Source: Eledone cirrhosa
Taxonomy: Eukaryota
Length of the DNA stretch: 64,000 nt
Assembly (NCBI GenBank): GCA_964016885.1
Contig: OZ024741.1
Span: 392,832,001-392,896,000, forward strand
Direction of reading: 5' to 3'
A program made the position numbers and the translations under genes. A model generated the notes under the pieces. That model was not told the origin of the DNA. It saw only the letters and a list, made by a program, of their open reading frames with translations, and made no database searches. Shown piece after piece: positions 38,529 through 50,661 of this stretch. The stretch's first letter is position 1, and each line of letters begins with the position of its first letter.

Positions 38529-39065
38529 ATGGCGGAATTGGATGATGTTTTTCGTGCATTCACTAAACTTGCAGGTGCAAAGAACCCTGAAGATGAAAAA
38601 CAAATGAACTCTAAAGCTTGTGCAAAAATGGTTAAAGACTGTTTACCAAAAGAAGTTATAACAATAGCAGATGCATCAGTATTCCCAAAATATAAAGAGA
38701 GAAACAAACCATATCTCCTTATTAATAACTTTCAAAGTTTCGTACGTGGTTGTGCACATGAGTACGCCAAATCAAAAACCAAAAATCTTAAATTGCCAGA
38801 AAATGATCCACACGTGGATAAATATTACAAAGAATTTGTTGAACGCTTAAGAACTGGGAGACCAAACGTTAAAGAAATAAAGGTTTCTGAAACAGGTAAT
38901 GTCTCTGGTCTTACAGATGCATCGAATTATACAGGAAGCCACAGAGAACGTTTTGATAGGGAAGGAAAAGGAAAAGGAATAACTGGTCGAAAGGATATGA
39001 TGGACGATCAGGGTTACGTCAAAGGATATAAAGGTGAAGGGACATATGAGGAAAAAAATAAGTGA
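38529..39065 (+). CDS. TPPP: Tubulin polymerization-promoting protein (TPPP/p25-alpha family), single coding exon, 178 aa
   Basis: Intact ORF with GAAATGG start context. N-terminal F.AF..., MNSK...K..KDC, VF.K; C-terminal LTD..NYTGSHRERFD..GKGKG..GR and GYV.GYKG.GTY, which are diagnostic of p25-alpha. Confidence 0.93.
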   Translation: MAELDDVFRAFTKLAGAKNPEDEKQMNSKACAKMVKDCLPKEVITIADASVFPKYKERNKPYLLINNFQSFVRGCAHEYAKSKTKNLKLPENDPHVDKYYKEFVERLRTGRPNVKEIKVSETGNVSGLTDASNYTGSHRERFDREGKGKGITGRKDMMDDQGYVKGYKGEGTYEEKNK

Positions 39066-39329
39066 CTTTTAAATTTAGATTTGAAGATCAACAACTTTCA
39101 TATTCATAGAAATTGTTACTGGGACTATATATCTGATATTTTACTATATTTCCAATCTTGATGTATCTGTCAAGAAAAAATATAGAAAAAATACAACTTT
39201 TGTTGAATGTTTCTAAATTGAACTTGCAACAGATGTTATACATAACTAAAAGCATCTGTGGTTGATTAGACTTATAAAAAGTATTCAAGCAGTCCTTTTA
39301 TATTAATTGTATTTCATTTAGAAATTATT

Positions 39330-41098
39330 ATCATTTTTTTTCCTTAAAGTTTCAGTCATTGATGTTATTTAACTGTAAAGTTTGTTCCAATGAACATCAA
39401 GCCGCTACCTGCAGCCTCAGATATTTAGGACGTATCGGAGGGTTCTTGCTGTTCCAAGCAAGCATGCCCTTTGAAGTGTTAAAAAAGGGGGGCTGGACTA
39501 ATGTTTTTTAACCATCCTTGAAAACTCATCGAGATAGTACCTAGTGCTCCTATGACAATCGGGATGACCTTGATCTCATGACAGTCCTAAATCATTTTTA
39601 ATTTCCACTTTAAATCCTGGTATCGGTTAATTTTCTCTTTCTCCTTTTCTTGCACTCTTGTGTCAATGGTGCAACCTAGATCTACAATCAGGCAAGATCT
39701 TTATTCCAGATCAGGCCTATTGTGCTCCTCTAATTTCTTGTGTGTATCCTGAAATCCCGTAGTACCTTCACTTGATCATTTTCTATTACCGACTCTGGCT
39801 CATACCACTTCTCAGAATGAGGTAAATTATCCAGTTTGCATAAATGCCAGTGAATCATCTTTCCTATCACATCATGTCTCCAGCCTTTATAGTGAGTCGG
39901 GGCTAGGTGTTTACACTCGGATACGATCTCTTTAAGTAGAGTCTATCAACATCACTCCTCTTGTGGAACATGTAGATAGTCATTAGCTTCCTAGTCTTCC
40001 TATCCATTTCTTTTTTTTTCAGTAACATTCCATTTCAGAATTCCCGCACTGTAGCTAATAATAGACACAGCTCGGGAATTTACTGCACTTATGACATTCC
40101 TACTATTTAGATGTGATTTTAGTATGTTCGTTACTCTCCTTATGTATTCAGATCTTATCAATTCTTTCATTTTATTGTTCTTGATGTCATCTGCCTCCAG
40201 AACACCCAAATACCTATATTCCTCTTCAGTGTCGATTTCCTTTATCATCTCAGCCATTGGTACCTGGATTATGTTGCTTCTGTTCAATTTACCCCTCTTC
40301 ATCACTAGGACTTCACACTTATTAACACCAAATTACATACATATTTCATTGCTGAAAATACGAACAGTGTCAACAAGTACATCCAACTCCTCCTCGTAGA
40401 TCGTCCGTGAAGAGGAGGTGGTTGATGGTAAACTCTCCTCTTCCCAGCTTGTATCCTGCTTTCACTTTCGCAATATGAGGGACAAGGTTATGAGGGTGAG
40501 GACAAAATAAAGGGACAAACTATCTCTTTGGAAGATACCTCTCTTGATCTTCACTCCTCCCAAGGATTCCCCACCTGAGGGCACTTCACCCGACACGAAG
40601 CAGTCATTGAACATGGCTGTCAGTTTTGGGTGGAAGGACGTTATGTTTTTTGTCCAATATCCTTGCACACCATCTGGGCCTGGTGATTTCCAGTTGGGTA
40701 GTTTATTGGCCCCCTTTTGAAGAGTTTCAACCGTGATACTCAAATCAAGTTGTTGGTGTCCTTGTTCACTAATTTCCTTTTTTAATTGTCTCAATCTACA
40801 CTTGCTTACTATTTTGTTCAACATCCTGCTTCCATATTCCTCTCCAGAATGCCTTAGTCTGTTCAGCCTCAAGGATCACACCGTTACCTCTTTCTTTCCT
40901 TTCAAGTTGTTCAAATAACATCTTCTGGTTGTTGTAAAACATGCGGTTCTGTCTATACTGACTAACTCTGTTCTCATATCGTTTAATCTTTGCACTTTTT
41001 GCTATAACGCGTTGCTTAAGTTCGTCTTTGATAACATTTAGCTCTTTTCCCTCAGTGTTGTATTTTATTTTCAATCTATCTTTAGTGTTTATGTTTTG
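39330..41098 (-). mobile_element. Degenerate, internally deleted R4/Dong retrotransposon related to family A
   Basis: Homologous to 54361-61339 (ELKQRVIAKSAKIKRYENR, NWKSPGPDGVQGYW, YLGVLEAD) and has the same 3' UTR. Confidence 0.88.
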
Positions 41099-41104
41099 TA
41101 ATTA

Positions 41105-44100
41105 TTATCATTTCCGTTATTATTTTTATTGCGCATCATTACTGCTTTACCGAGCACAGCTCTGTGTGCCTTGGGTATGAGCAGTGTAGTTTTTGATGCT
41201 GTTGTTTCTATTGTATTGATAGTACTTTTCGTAATATGTGTGCAGTGTCTAGTAGTGCTATCTTTTGTATGCTGTATATATTTTGATGTCCATGGGGTTT
41301 TGGTTATGTATTTGTGTGTTTTTTAATCATTCCCAGAGCACTTATTATTATAGGTACTAGCAGAAATACCACCCATCGGGTGGTTTTCTGCTAGCATGTG
41401 TAGTGTGCATATTCATATTATACGCAAATATACATGCAATATAATCGTAATTGACATCAAATATAATCGTAATTGACAATACGCACAAAAATTAAACATA
41501 GACAGTGTAATCAGTAAAGTAATCCATGATATATTTAAAAAAAAGACGATATTATATATAAACTGCATTACGGTGAAATGTAATGAAAACGTTATGATAT
41601 AACGATGCAAATATATGAATGTGATATAGTATACGTAATTCACATTTGAAGTATTGACATTTGAACATTTTAGAAGTGAATCTTAAAATAAGCAATCATT
41701 ATATATAAGAATATTTATGTTTAATCAACAGCTATGAAATTGGGTACATAAATTATGTAATATTCATTCGTTATTTATTTAAAGTAATCCAACTTATTTT
41801 TCTAACTGGATAAAAAAATATATTGCGGACACAATCCCACATTTATCCCTTTTTTATATTATGATTGTGTTTGTTTTCATTTTCCACATTCAAAGTATTT
41901 CCATCTCTAGATCTTTATAGTGGGAGAGTTTCTCTATTTCCTTGGAAGTTATATTGTCGTCTATGGGGATAGATACACATATTGGAAGGCATTAGTTTTC
42001 TTTGTGGTCTTTGACTATAATATCTGGTTGGTTGGCATTGATCTCTCTATGTATTGGGATATCCCAGAGAATGGTTGTTTTGTCATACTCTAACACCTTA
42101 TCTGGTGTGTGTTGTACCATCCTTTTTCTGTTGGTCCCAACTCTATCATGTTTGTGGATATATCCTTTTTTGGCTAGAGTTGGACATCCAGAAACTATGT
42201 GGTTGACTGTTTCTGCCCTATATTCACATATTCTACAGTCAGTTTTCTGGAGGTCAGTTTTCAATTTAAATTTTTGGTCTTTCACAATTTCTGTTGTTTT
42301 TCCTTTGTTTTCATTTTCCTCACAATTACCTGTTAGTCCAGTTTCTGATTTGAAATGTTTGGCTTCCTTGATGATCGAGAACAGTTTTTTGTTTTGTTCT
42401 TGTTTCGTGGCTATTTGTATTAGTTTTCCTTTGTTTTTTATTAGGTACATTTGTAGTCTTACAGTAGTTATTTTATAAGAGTTTTCTAGTTGCATAAGGC
42501 CCCTTTCTCTTTGTGTTCTTGGTCGGTATAATCTTTCTACGTTTGATTTTGGATGGTGTATTCTAAATGCGGTCATATTTTTTTGTTTTTTCTATCTATT
42601 CTAGCTAGTTCTTTTAGTGTCCAGTTCATAATGTTAAAGCTGTAGCTCATTACTGGGACTGCTAAAGTGTTTATGACAATCACCTTATTCTCTGCATTTA
42701 GTTCAGTTTTGAGTATTAACCTAATTCTTCTGTTGTATTCTAATCTTTTCTTTCATCTGTGTGTGTTGAATCTTATCTAGTTCGTTGCTTCCTCAGTATT
42801 TGTATGTCTGAGTTTAATATAGTTCTTTTATTTCTGTTTCTTTATCTAACATATTATTGCTTTTCACTAGTTCTCCTCTCTTCAGAGTTGCGTTAGTATA
42901 TTTTTCTAGTCAAAATATCATGCCTATTTCTTTTGTGAATCCGTGTACAGTTTGGAGCAGAGTTTGGAGTTGTTTTTCATTTGTAGCATACATATATAGG
43001 AGAGGGTTAATTTTTCCATTTATGGCTTTATTTATTAATTACCGGTTTTTGCAGCCATATGAACCTCTGTGGCATCTTTCTGTTCTTCTGGGAGAAGGTT
43101 GTTTTTTCCAGGTGTTTGGTTATTTTCTGTGATAGTATTGAAGTTAAGGTTTTCTATGTAGTAGGCAAGCATGTTGTTGGGTTTGCTGTGTCATTATTTT
43201 TGGGAATCAGTATTGTTTCCCCCTTAGTGAGCCAGTCAGGTGTTTTTTCTGGTTCTATCAGAATTTCATTAGATTCCTTTGCAAGCATATCATCTGTCCC
43301 TGTTAAATATTTTAACCAGAAGTTTGGGATCTTGTAATGTCCTGGTGCCTTCCAGTTGCTTTCCCTTCTCAGTGGGATTGACACATCATCTGCTGTAAAT
43401 ATCCTTCCATAGTTGTTTGTCTGCTGTGTTTGCTATTCTTGCTAGCTTTGTGCATGGTAATTTCTTTTCTCCTTCTGCCCATATTATTCTCCAGAACTCT
43501 TCCACTTCTTTTACTTTCAGGGCTACATGAACTTCTATTTTGTTTCTATTGAGTTCTTGGTAGAATCATTTTGGGTTGGAGTGAAACAGCTGATTTTGTT
43601 GAAAAAACTTTTGGCACTTTTCATATCTCCGGATTCTTTGTGCCTTTGCCAGTATTTGTTGTTTAAGGCTTTCCTTACTGTTTGGGATTTCCCTTTTATT
43701 TCTATGTTTGTGTGGATTTTGTTTTTCTTGCTTCTATAGCTCTCAGGAGGTATCCACTGTCCTTTGTAACAACAGTGGCTGCTGCATATATTATATTTTT
43801 CAAATCTGTGATATTAGTGCTTTTATTCATATATATTAAGTCTGTGATGTCTGGGTTAGCGCCTTATAAGGGTTGCTACTTTATTAATTTTTATCTTTGG
43901 GAGATTTACTCTTTGGTCCATCGGGGAATCGCCTGTTGTTTGGAGTACTTGAAGTGTCTTTAGAGGTTATTTTCTCTCTATCTCTTTCTTCATATTTCTT
44001 TTCATTTGTAATTTTGGTTGTGTTGTCTGGAATCAGTTTTTGTTGATTAGCACTCTGTGTGTCTTTTATGGTTGGGGTTTGCTCTGTTTTGTTGCACACT

Positions 44101-44150
44101 TTTTGATTGTATTAGTGGTAATTGAGGATTAGAGTCCGGCCCATTATATC
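41105..44150 (-). mobile_element. Degenerate R4/Dong retrotransposon (family D, copy 2), interrupted by a Helitron
   Basis: Near-identical in long blocks to 35040-38320; CRIC..ETVNHIVSGC, HD and NQPDI motifs. Confidence 0.88.
41357..41864 (-). mobile_element. Non-autonomous Helitron (508 bp)
   Basis: Minus strand starts TCATAATATAAAAAGGG and ends in hairpin ACCACCC-GAT-GGGTGGT plus ATTTCTGCTAG. Inserted at A|T with no TSD. Removing it restores the Dong frame WKMKTNTIPIIISALGMI. Confidence 0.88.
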
Positions 44151-44484
44151 ATTATCATTTTTGTTGGCTATCAACTTTGATGCGTCTGTGTTTTTACAGT
44201 TTTGTGCGCATTTGTTTTCGTATAATTTTTTACTAAAGTTCAAAGAACGAACGTCTGTACATCTGTGTAATTAGTTTGTGTACATTTTCCGTTATGTTCA
44301 TAATACAAGCATTTGTAATACAATCAGTAAAGTTTGTTACTTACATGTATCGTTATTCTTTTTGTTTTTATTTCAAACTCTGTGTAGTGTTGCGGCTAAT
44401 TTTAAACTTGTTGCATTTTACTCACATGGCCGCAATTTTAATAAAGAAAATTATGCTATAAGGACAATACGTTATGTAGTTTGA

Positions 44485-44754
44485 GAAATGGAAAAATTGA
44501 GAGAGGGCGCTTGCCCTGGAGGTCAGGGTGGCCATGGTCTTTTGTGTGGTTTTCGCCACGAGTAACCCTCGGAGGTTTCCTCCCTATTGGGGAATTTTTT
44601 CATTGTTTCAATTTTCATTTTTATTGTTTATAAATATATATGTTTCTATGTCTTTTTTTTCTTTTCTTATATAACTAATAAAAATCTTTACACGCACAAA
44701 ACCCACATCGTATCGTCCTGTGCCGTCTGTAATATTTTTCTTGTGGCCAATAAA

Positions 44755-44756
<2 letters not shown>
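44485..44756 (+). mobile_element. Tx1-clade LINE, 3' UTR only (severely 5'-truncated)
   Basis: GAGGGCGCTTGCCCTGGAGGTCAGGG and CCCTATTGGGGAATTTT match 54099-54196. AATAAA is followed by (TTA)n. Confidence 0.78.
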
Positions 44757-44825
<69 letters not shown>

Positions 44826-44835
44826 GTCGTTATTA
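44757..44835. repeat. (TTA)n spacer between Tx1 and Dong 3' ends
   Basis: Directly visible. Confidence 0.97.
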
Positions 44836-45805
44836 CTCTTTGAGTCTCAGTATTTTGATGTTAGTTAACTGGAAAGTTTGTTGAAATGAATATCAAGCCA
44901 CTACCTGCAGCCTCAGATATTCAGGACGTATCGGAGGGTTCTTGCTGTTCCCAGCAAGCATGCCTTTTGAAGCGTTCCAAAAAGCGTGAAAGGGCCAATT
45001 TTCTCTTTAACCATCCCTGGAAACCTTTTGAGATAGTCCCTAGTGCGCCTATGACAATCGGGATCACTTTGACTTCATGGCAGTTCCAAATCCTTTTTAC
45101 CTCCCACTTTAAGTCCTGGTATCGGTTAATTTTCTCCCTCTCCTTCTCTTGCACTCTCGTGTCGAATGGGCAGGCCACATCCACAATCAGGCACGATCTT
45201 TTTTCTTTGTCCACAACCACCAGGTCAGGTCTATTGTGTTCCAGTTTCTTGTCCGTCTGTATCCTAAAATCCCACAGCACCTTCACCTGATCGTTTTCTA
45301 TCACCGACTCTGGCTTATGCTCATACCACTTCTCAGAATGTCGTAAATTGTTTACTTTGCATAGGTGCCAGTGGATCACCCTGCCCATCACATCATGTCT
45401 CCAGCCCTTATAGTGAGTCTGGGCTAGGTGTTTACACTCGGATACAATGTGAGCCACAGTCTCCTCTCTCTCTCCACAGATCCTGCACAGTGGGCTAGCC
45501 TCCTCCTTGTAAATATGGTGTTTCAACCACTTCGTTTTGAGGGCCTGCTCCTGCGCAGCCATTAACATTCCTTCTGTAGCCTTTTTAAGGTCTCCTCTTT
45601 TCAACCAGTTCTATGTCTGTGGATCTCTAAATTCAGTTTTCTCAAAGAAGGTACTATGAAGGGATTTTTCATGAAGGCTGCTCTTTCTCCTTGATGTTAT
45701 TTCCTCCTTGGACATCCCCTGGCCTATTGTCCCCTCCTTCAGTACAGTTCTGAGTATTGGCTCCTTACTATCAGTCACGTATTTGTGTAGGTTGTTTTTC
45801 TCCAT
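44836..45805 (-). mobile_element. 5'-truncated R4/Dong retrotransposon (family A)
   Basis: AAQEQAL, CRIC..ETVAHIVSEC, RHD, NRPD..D, EKINRY. Bounded by (TAA)n on both sides. Confidence 0.92.
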
Positions 45806-45826
45806 TATTATTATTATTATTATTAC

Positions 45827-48348
45827 AGTTGCATTTATCTTGCTTTATGTTCATACGAGTTATCACCAAGTCACAACCAGTGACCTCAAGAGACAACAAG
45901 GTCCGCCATGTTCAAGAAAGAACATATATACTCACACATGCATCTTTAGTGTTTAGACTTGTGATGTACTTATATTGACAGAATCTTCCTTAGTATATGG
46001 GAAGGTCCCATTAGTACTATCTTTTGTATTTCTCCTATACGCGGGTTTCCTGGGATTTGCGATAAGTAATCAATAGACCCCTTTGGTATCATTCCCAGAG
46101 CGCCTACAACCACTGGTATTGTTTTAGTTCTCAATTTCCACATTTTTCCAATTTCTATCTCCAGGTCCTTATACTTGCTCAATTTTTCAAATGTTTTTAT
46201 AGATACATTCTTGTCTATTGGAACAGACATATCAATTAGCAGGCATACCCTCTTTTTAAAGTCCTTCAATATTATATCAGGTCTATTTGCATCTATTTTT
46301 CGGTCTGTTTGGATGCTAAAGTTCCACAAGATTGAGATGTGATCTTTTTCAAGTATGGGAGGTGGTTGATGCTCCCACCAATTCTTTTGATGGGGCAGGT
46401 CAAAATGCTTACACATTATCCAATGTATGTATTGTGCAGCTCTGTCATGCCTGTTTAGGTATTCGGTTGGAGCTATAGGACTGCACATTGAAATTATATG
46501 GTCAATGGTCTCTGGTTGTTTTTTGCATACACGGCATAATGGGCTGCACCCATTTTTTATTATGTTGGCTTGGTAATTTTTTGTTGGCAGACACTGATCT
46601 TGTGCGGATATAATCAGTCCTTCAGTCTCCGATTTCAGTCCAGAGGATGCCAACCACTGATGGGTTAAAGTTTTGTCAACATCAGGATTGTTAGCTCGTT
46701 CTGGGTATTTTCCATACAGAGGCTTTTCTTGCCATTTCTTAGCCAGTTTCTGTAGCAGTTCTTTCTTTGCAGTTACTTTTACCTGCTTTGCTTTTTCTGT
46801 GTTTTCCATTTCAGCAGTAAATGGGACTTCTGAAATTTGTAGTCCATTACTGTATCTTTGTGCATCTTTTGTAATGGAATATGATCTTTTGATGCTTTCG
46901 TGTTTCAAAACGAGTTTGATCATCCAATCATGTGATTCCCTTAGATATGTAGATAATCCAATTGTTGCAGTTTTCAACGCAATGTCTAACTGGACTAACC
47001 CACGTCCTCCTTCTTTCCTAGGGAGATATATTCTATCTATATCTGCCTTAGGGGGATGCATTCTGTGCATGGTTAAGAATTTTCGAATTTTTGTATCGAG
47101 CCTACGGATCTCTGTGCTTGACCAGTTGATGACATTGTAACTGTAGGTTACTACTGGTATGGCAAGCGTGTTTATGGCATCGATCCTATTCCTTGCATTC
47201 AATTCCGTTCTTAAGATTGCTCTTACTCTGCGGTAACATTCCTTCCTTATCCTTTCCCTCATTGTCGAGTGCTTGATTCCGTCTCCTTCACAAACACCTA
47301 GATATTTGTAAGTTTTTTCTTGATCAAGTTCTCTTATAAAGTTCCCCCGATCAAGATTAATGTCTGAACTCTTCAGCAGCTTTCCTCTGGTGAACGTTGC
47401 TTTGGCGCATTTATCTAGTCCAAACTCCATTTTAATGTCATCACTGAACTGCTTCACAGTGGATAATAGCCCTTGCAATTGTTCATCATTTTTTGCAAAT
47501 AGTTTCATGTCATCCATGTAGAACAAGTGATTAATGGTTTTGTCATAGACTCTATATCCATGTTTTGTTTCATTGAGCATTTTACTTAATGGTATAAGTG
47601 CGATGCAGAATAAAAGCGGTGATAAAGAGTCACCCTGAAAAATTCCACAATTAATATTAACTTCTCCAGCTTCCAGTGATTTTGTTTCACTATTCAAAAG
47701 GAGTGTCGTTTTCCATGTCTTCATACTGAATGACAAAAACCTCCCGACAACGGTGGATATTTTGAAAATCTCTAAACATTTTTCAATCCAACTGTGTGGC
47801 AAACTATCGAATGCTTTTTTATAATCTATCCAAGCAATCGATAGATTTTTGTGTCTATTATGACAATCTTCCAGTATCATTTTGTTAACCAGAAGCTGAT
47901 CCTTACAGCCATATGAGCCTCGTTTACACCCTTTCTGCTCAATGGGAAATAGGTCATTTGCTATCAGGTGGTCATATGTGTATTCAGTTAGGACTGATGT
48001 TAAAATTTTATACATTGTGGTCAAGCAAGTTATCGGTCTGTAATTTTTGGGATTGTTTGTCTCATCATTCTTCGGAAGCAGGAATGTAATGCCGTTAACT
48101 AGCCATGATGGTATCTTTTCTGGCTCCTTAACTATTTCATTGTAAAGTTGGGCTAACAGCTCATGAGACTCTGTGAAGGCATTTATCCAAAAGTTTTGTA
48201 TTTTGTCTTTTCCTGGGTATTTCCATTTGCTGGTTTTTCTTAGAGCCAAGCGCAACTGTTCAACTGTTATATTTTCCCATATTTGTTCCTCAAGGTGAGA
48301 TGTATCTTTCATTTGTCTGTCTATCCATGGGGCATGTATGTTATGAAC

Positions 48349-48350
<2 letters not shown>
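45827..48350 (-). mobile_element. 5'-truncated R4/Dong retrotransposon (family B), young
   Basis: Uninterrupted ORF and 3' UTR, with (TAA)n at 45806-45826 and 48352-48413. Confidence 0.95.
45970..48312 (-). CDS. R4/Dong ORF (RT, CCHC zinc knuckle, restriction-like endonuclease), N-terminally truncated, 780 aa open
   Basis: NYRPITCL, EQKGC, WIDYKKAFDS, GIFQGDSLSPLLF, FYMDD, CRVC..ETIDHIISMC, RHD, NRPD..D, EKLSKY. Confidence 0.9.
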   Translation of the reverse strand: MKDTSHLEEQIWENITVEQLRLALRKTSKWKYPGKDKIQNFWINAFTESHELLAQLYNEIVKEPEKIPSWLVNGITFLLPKNDETNNPKNYRPITCLTTMYKILTSVLTEYTYDHLIANDLFPIEQKGCKRGSYGCKDQLLVNKMILEDCHNRHKNLSIAWIDYKKAFDSLPHSWIEKCLEIFKISTVVGRFLSFSMKTWKTTLLLNSETKSLEAGEVNINCGIFQGDSLSPLLFCIALIPLSKMLNETKHGYRVYDKTINHLFYMDDMKLFAKNDEQLQGLLSTVKQFSDDIKMEFGLDKCAKATFTRGKLLKSSDINLDRGNFIRELDQEKTYKYLGVCEGDGIKHSTMRERIRKECYRRVRAILRTELNARNRIDAINTLAIPVVTYSYNVINWSSTEIRRLDTKIRKFLTMHRMHPPKADIDRIYLPRKEGGRGLVQLDIALKTATIGLSTYLRESHDWMIKLVLKHESIKRSYSITKDAQRYSNGLQISEVPFTAEMENTEKAKQVKVTAKKELLQKLAKKWQEKPLYGKYPERANNPDVDKTLTHQWLASSGLKSETEGLIISAQDQCLPTKNYQANIIKNGCSPLCRVCKKQPETIDHIISMCSPIAPTEYLNRHDRAAQYIHWIMCKHFDLPHQKNWWEHQPPPILEKDHISILWNFSIQTDRKIDANRPDIILKDFKKRVCLLIDMSVPIDKNVSIKTFEKLSKYKDLEIEIGKMWKLRTKTIPVVVGALGMIPKGSIDYLSQIPGNPRIGEIQKIVLMGPSHILRKILSI

Positions 48351-48351
<1 letters not shown>

Positions 48352-48413
<62 letters not shown>
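48352..48413. repeat. (TTA)n spacer at the Tx1 5' end
   Basis: Directly visible. Confidence 0.97.
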
Positions 48414-48623
48414 GGCGTAGTAAATCGTATCATCGTAGTAAATCGTATCATCGTGAGCTCCGCAAAGGTTTGTTATTTCCGTTTGTTAAAAATTGTCATT
48501 TATGGAAAATTTTATTGTTAACTGTTTATAAGCGCACATACATTGTTTTCCGAAAAGGACACCCAAAAAGATGTGCCCAGAATTTAAACTTTTATTATTA
48601 TCAAAAAATTTCTTTGAAAAAAA

Positions 48624-50627
48624 ATGGCTAATTCACCTCTGCACCAAGCAGCTGAAAGCCTTCCTCACAAATTAACACCTCACACCGACACCACCATTGT
48701 AAATGTTACTACGTTTGCCAACACTACAAAAAATATAAGCAGTAGCAATATTTTAAATTTGTCTCAGGCAGACTTTCATTTCCCGCCATTACCAATGACT
48801 GCAGGTGTTAAAGCCTCCACCACCACCACCACCGCGACAACCACCACCCCCACCACCGCCGCGACAACAGAAACAAAAGAAGAAAAAAATAAATTAACTC
48901 GTGATGTCGAAATGAAATCAAGCAAAATGGACTCTTCCCCACCAAAGACGACTGACGTCACGACCACCACAACTGAAACTAAAATTAATATTAACACAAA
49001 TAACGATAGCAACAACAACAACAATGACATTATAAACCTCCCCCCCCCCTCAGTTTCGCCAGAGTAGCAAAACAGTTCGAAGCATTTACGGTAACTCAGG
49101 AGGATTTAGAAAATGCCAAACAAATGGTAAAGAAAGATTGGTACAGGGTCAGCCTCACCCCCACCCCCCACCTAATAAAATGGAGCATCGGCGCCTAGGC
49201 ACCGTGTCGTATCGAACGATAAATGTAAAATCGCGCCGAGTGGAACGGGCATCCGAGTCCCAAATCCAAAAAGCTTTGGGACATGTGTGGGCAAGAAAAA
49301 CCCACATCAGACGTGGGAAGAAGTATGGAACCGTGGACGTGTTCTTTGAAACACCAGAGGAGGCTAGAGAACACTCCATGGCCCCATTAAGAAGTGACGA
49401 CTTCACACTCGTCCCAAGCTATTGTGGCCAGAGACTCGTAAAGATCAGGGTGACCCACGTTCCACCGGCCATCGAAATTCCCTGGCTAATAGCGGCCGTC
49501 CTCGCCGGCATCGAAGCCAACACAAAAATAATAGCAATAGCAAAAGAAAAGCAGGAGAACTGGTCCGGATCTGGGATGGAGCTCCTGATCCAAGCGGACC
49601 AAAAAAGCATTGAGGAGATCCCAGAGGTAATAGACCTCACTGACGGCAGCCACCTCACCGTAATTGTCGAGGGCAGAAGACCTAGGCGTGTCGTTTGTGG
49701 TGAAGGAACCCACCTAAGGGCTTTCTGCCCTCAGGCTAAAAGGTTGAGGCCACCTCTGCTACCCACCCCAGTGACACAACCATCAACACCACCAGTAGCA
49801 GAGATGGCAGCAACAACTGTAGCAGCAACAACAGAAGCAACTATAACAGCAACAACCCCAGCAACAGTAGCAAAACCAACACCACCACCACCACCAGCAA
49901 AACCAACACCACCACCACCCAACGCTTCAGAACTAGCACCAGCGCCTACACCATCCACCACGCCACAACCAAAACTAACGGCTGTGGAGGATTTTCCACT
50001 CCTCGGCCTATCACAACTGGAGACAGATTGTGACGACGAGGAGTGGGAAACGATATCCGGAAAAAAAAAAGAAACCAAAAAAGAAAAAATTCTCTTCCTT
50101 CCCCCTCCAAAAACAAAATACAGAGGGAAACAAATAAATTAAGAAACAAAAAAGTTAGGACAGATATGCCACCATCCACACCAGCATCACCAACCCCATC
50201 AACCCAAACACCAACACCATCACCATCATTAACCCAAACACCACCATCACCTACACCACAAAAGTCACCAAAATGCGAAACAGAAACAAACCCACAACAA
50301 ACGCAAACAAAACAAAACAACCAAAACGATACACACTACACAGCATTAAATTTGAACAACAAGCAATTATTACACTACATCCAACACAACACCAGCATCA
50401 CAGAAAAAGACTACACAACAACCCCAAAATTCACACCACCTCCACACATACAAATCACTCGCATCACACAGAAAACGTACATGACACTAAAACAAAAATT
50501 CCCCAAAGACATCGGAGACTTCCGACAAGCACTCTCCAGGAGGATTTATAAGGACATCCTTCCTGAGGAGGCCACAAGCAGTGAAAAGGATGGAAAAGCC
50601 GTCCTTCCCCTACGAGAAGTAAGGTAA
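48624..50627 (+). pseudogene. Tx1 ORF1 (Thr/Pro-rich, RRM-like region, degenerate CCHC), frameshifted
   Basis: Three consecutive pieces (48624-49067, 49138-50142, 50043-50627), homologous to 28293-28988. Breaks lie near homopolymer runs. Confidence 0.8.
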
Positions 50628-50661
50628 GTGGTCTTTCCCATCTTTTCCACTCCTTTTCAAC

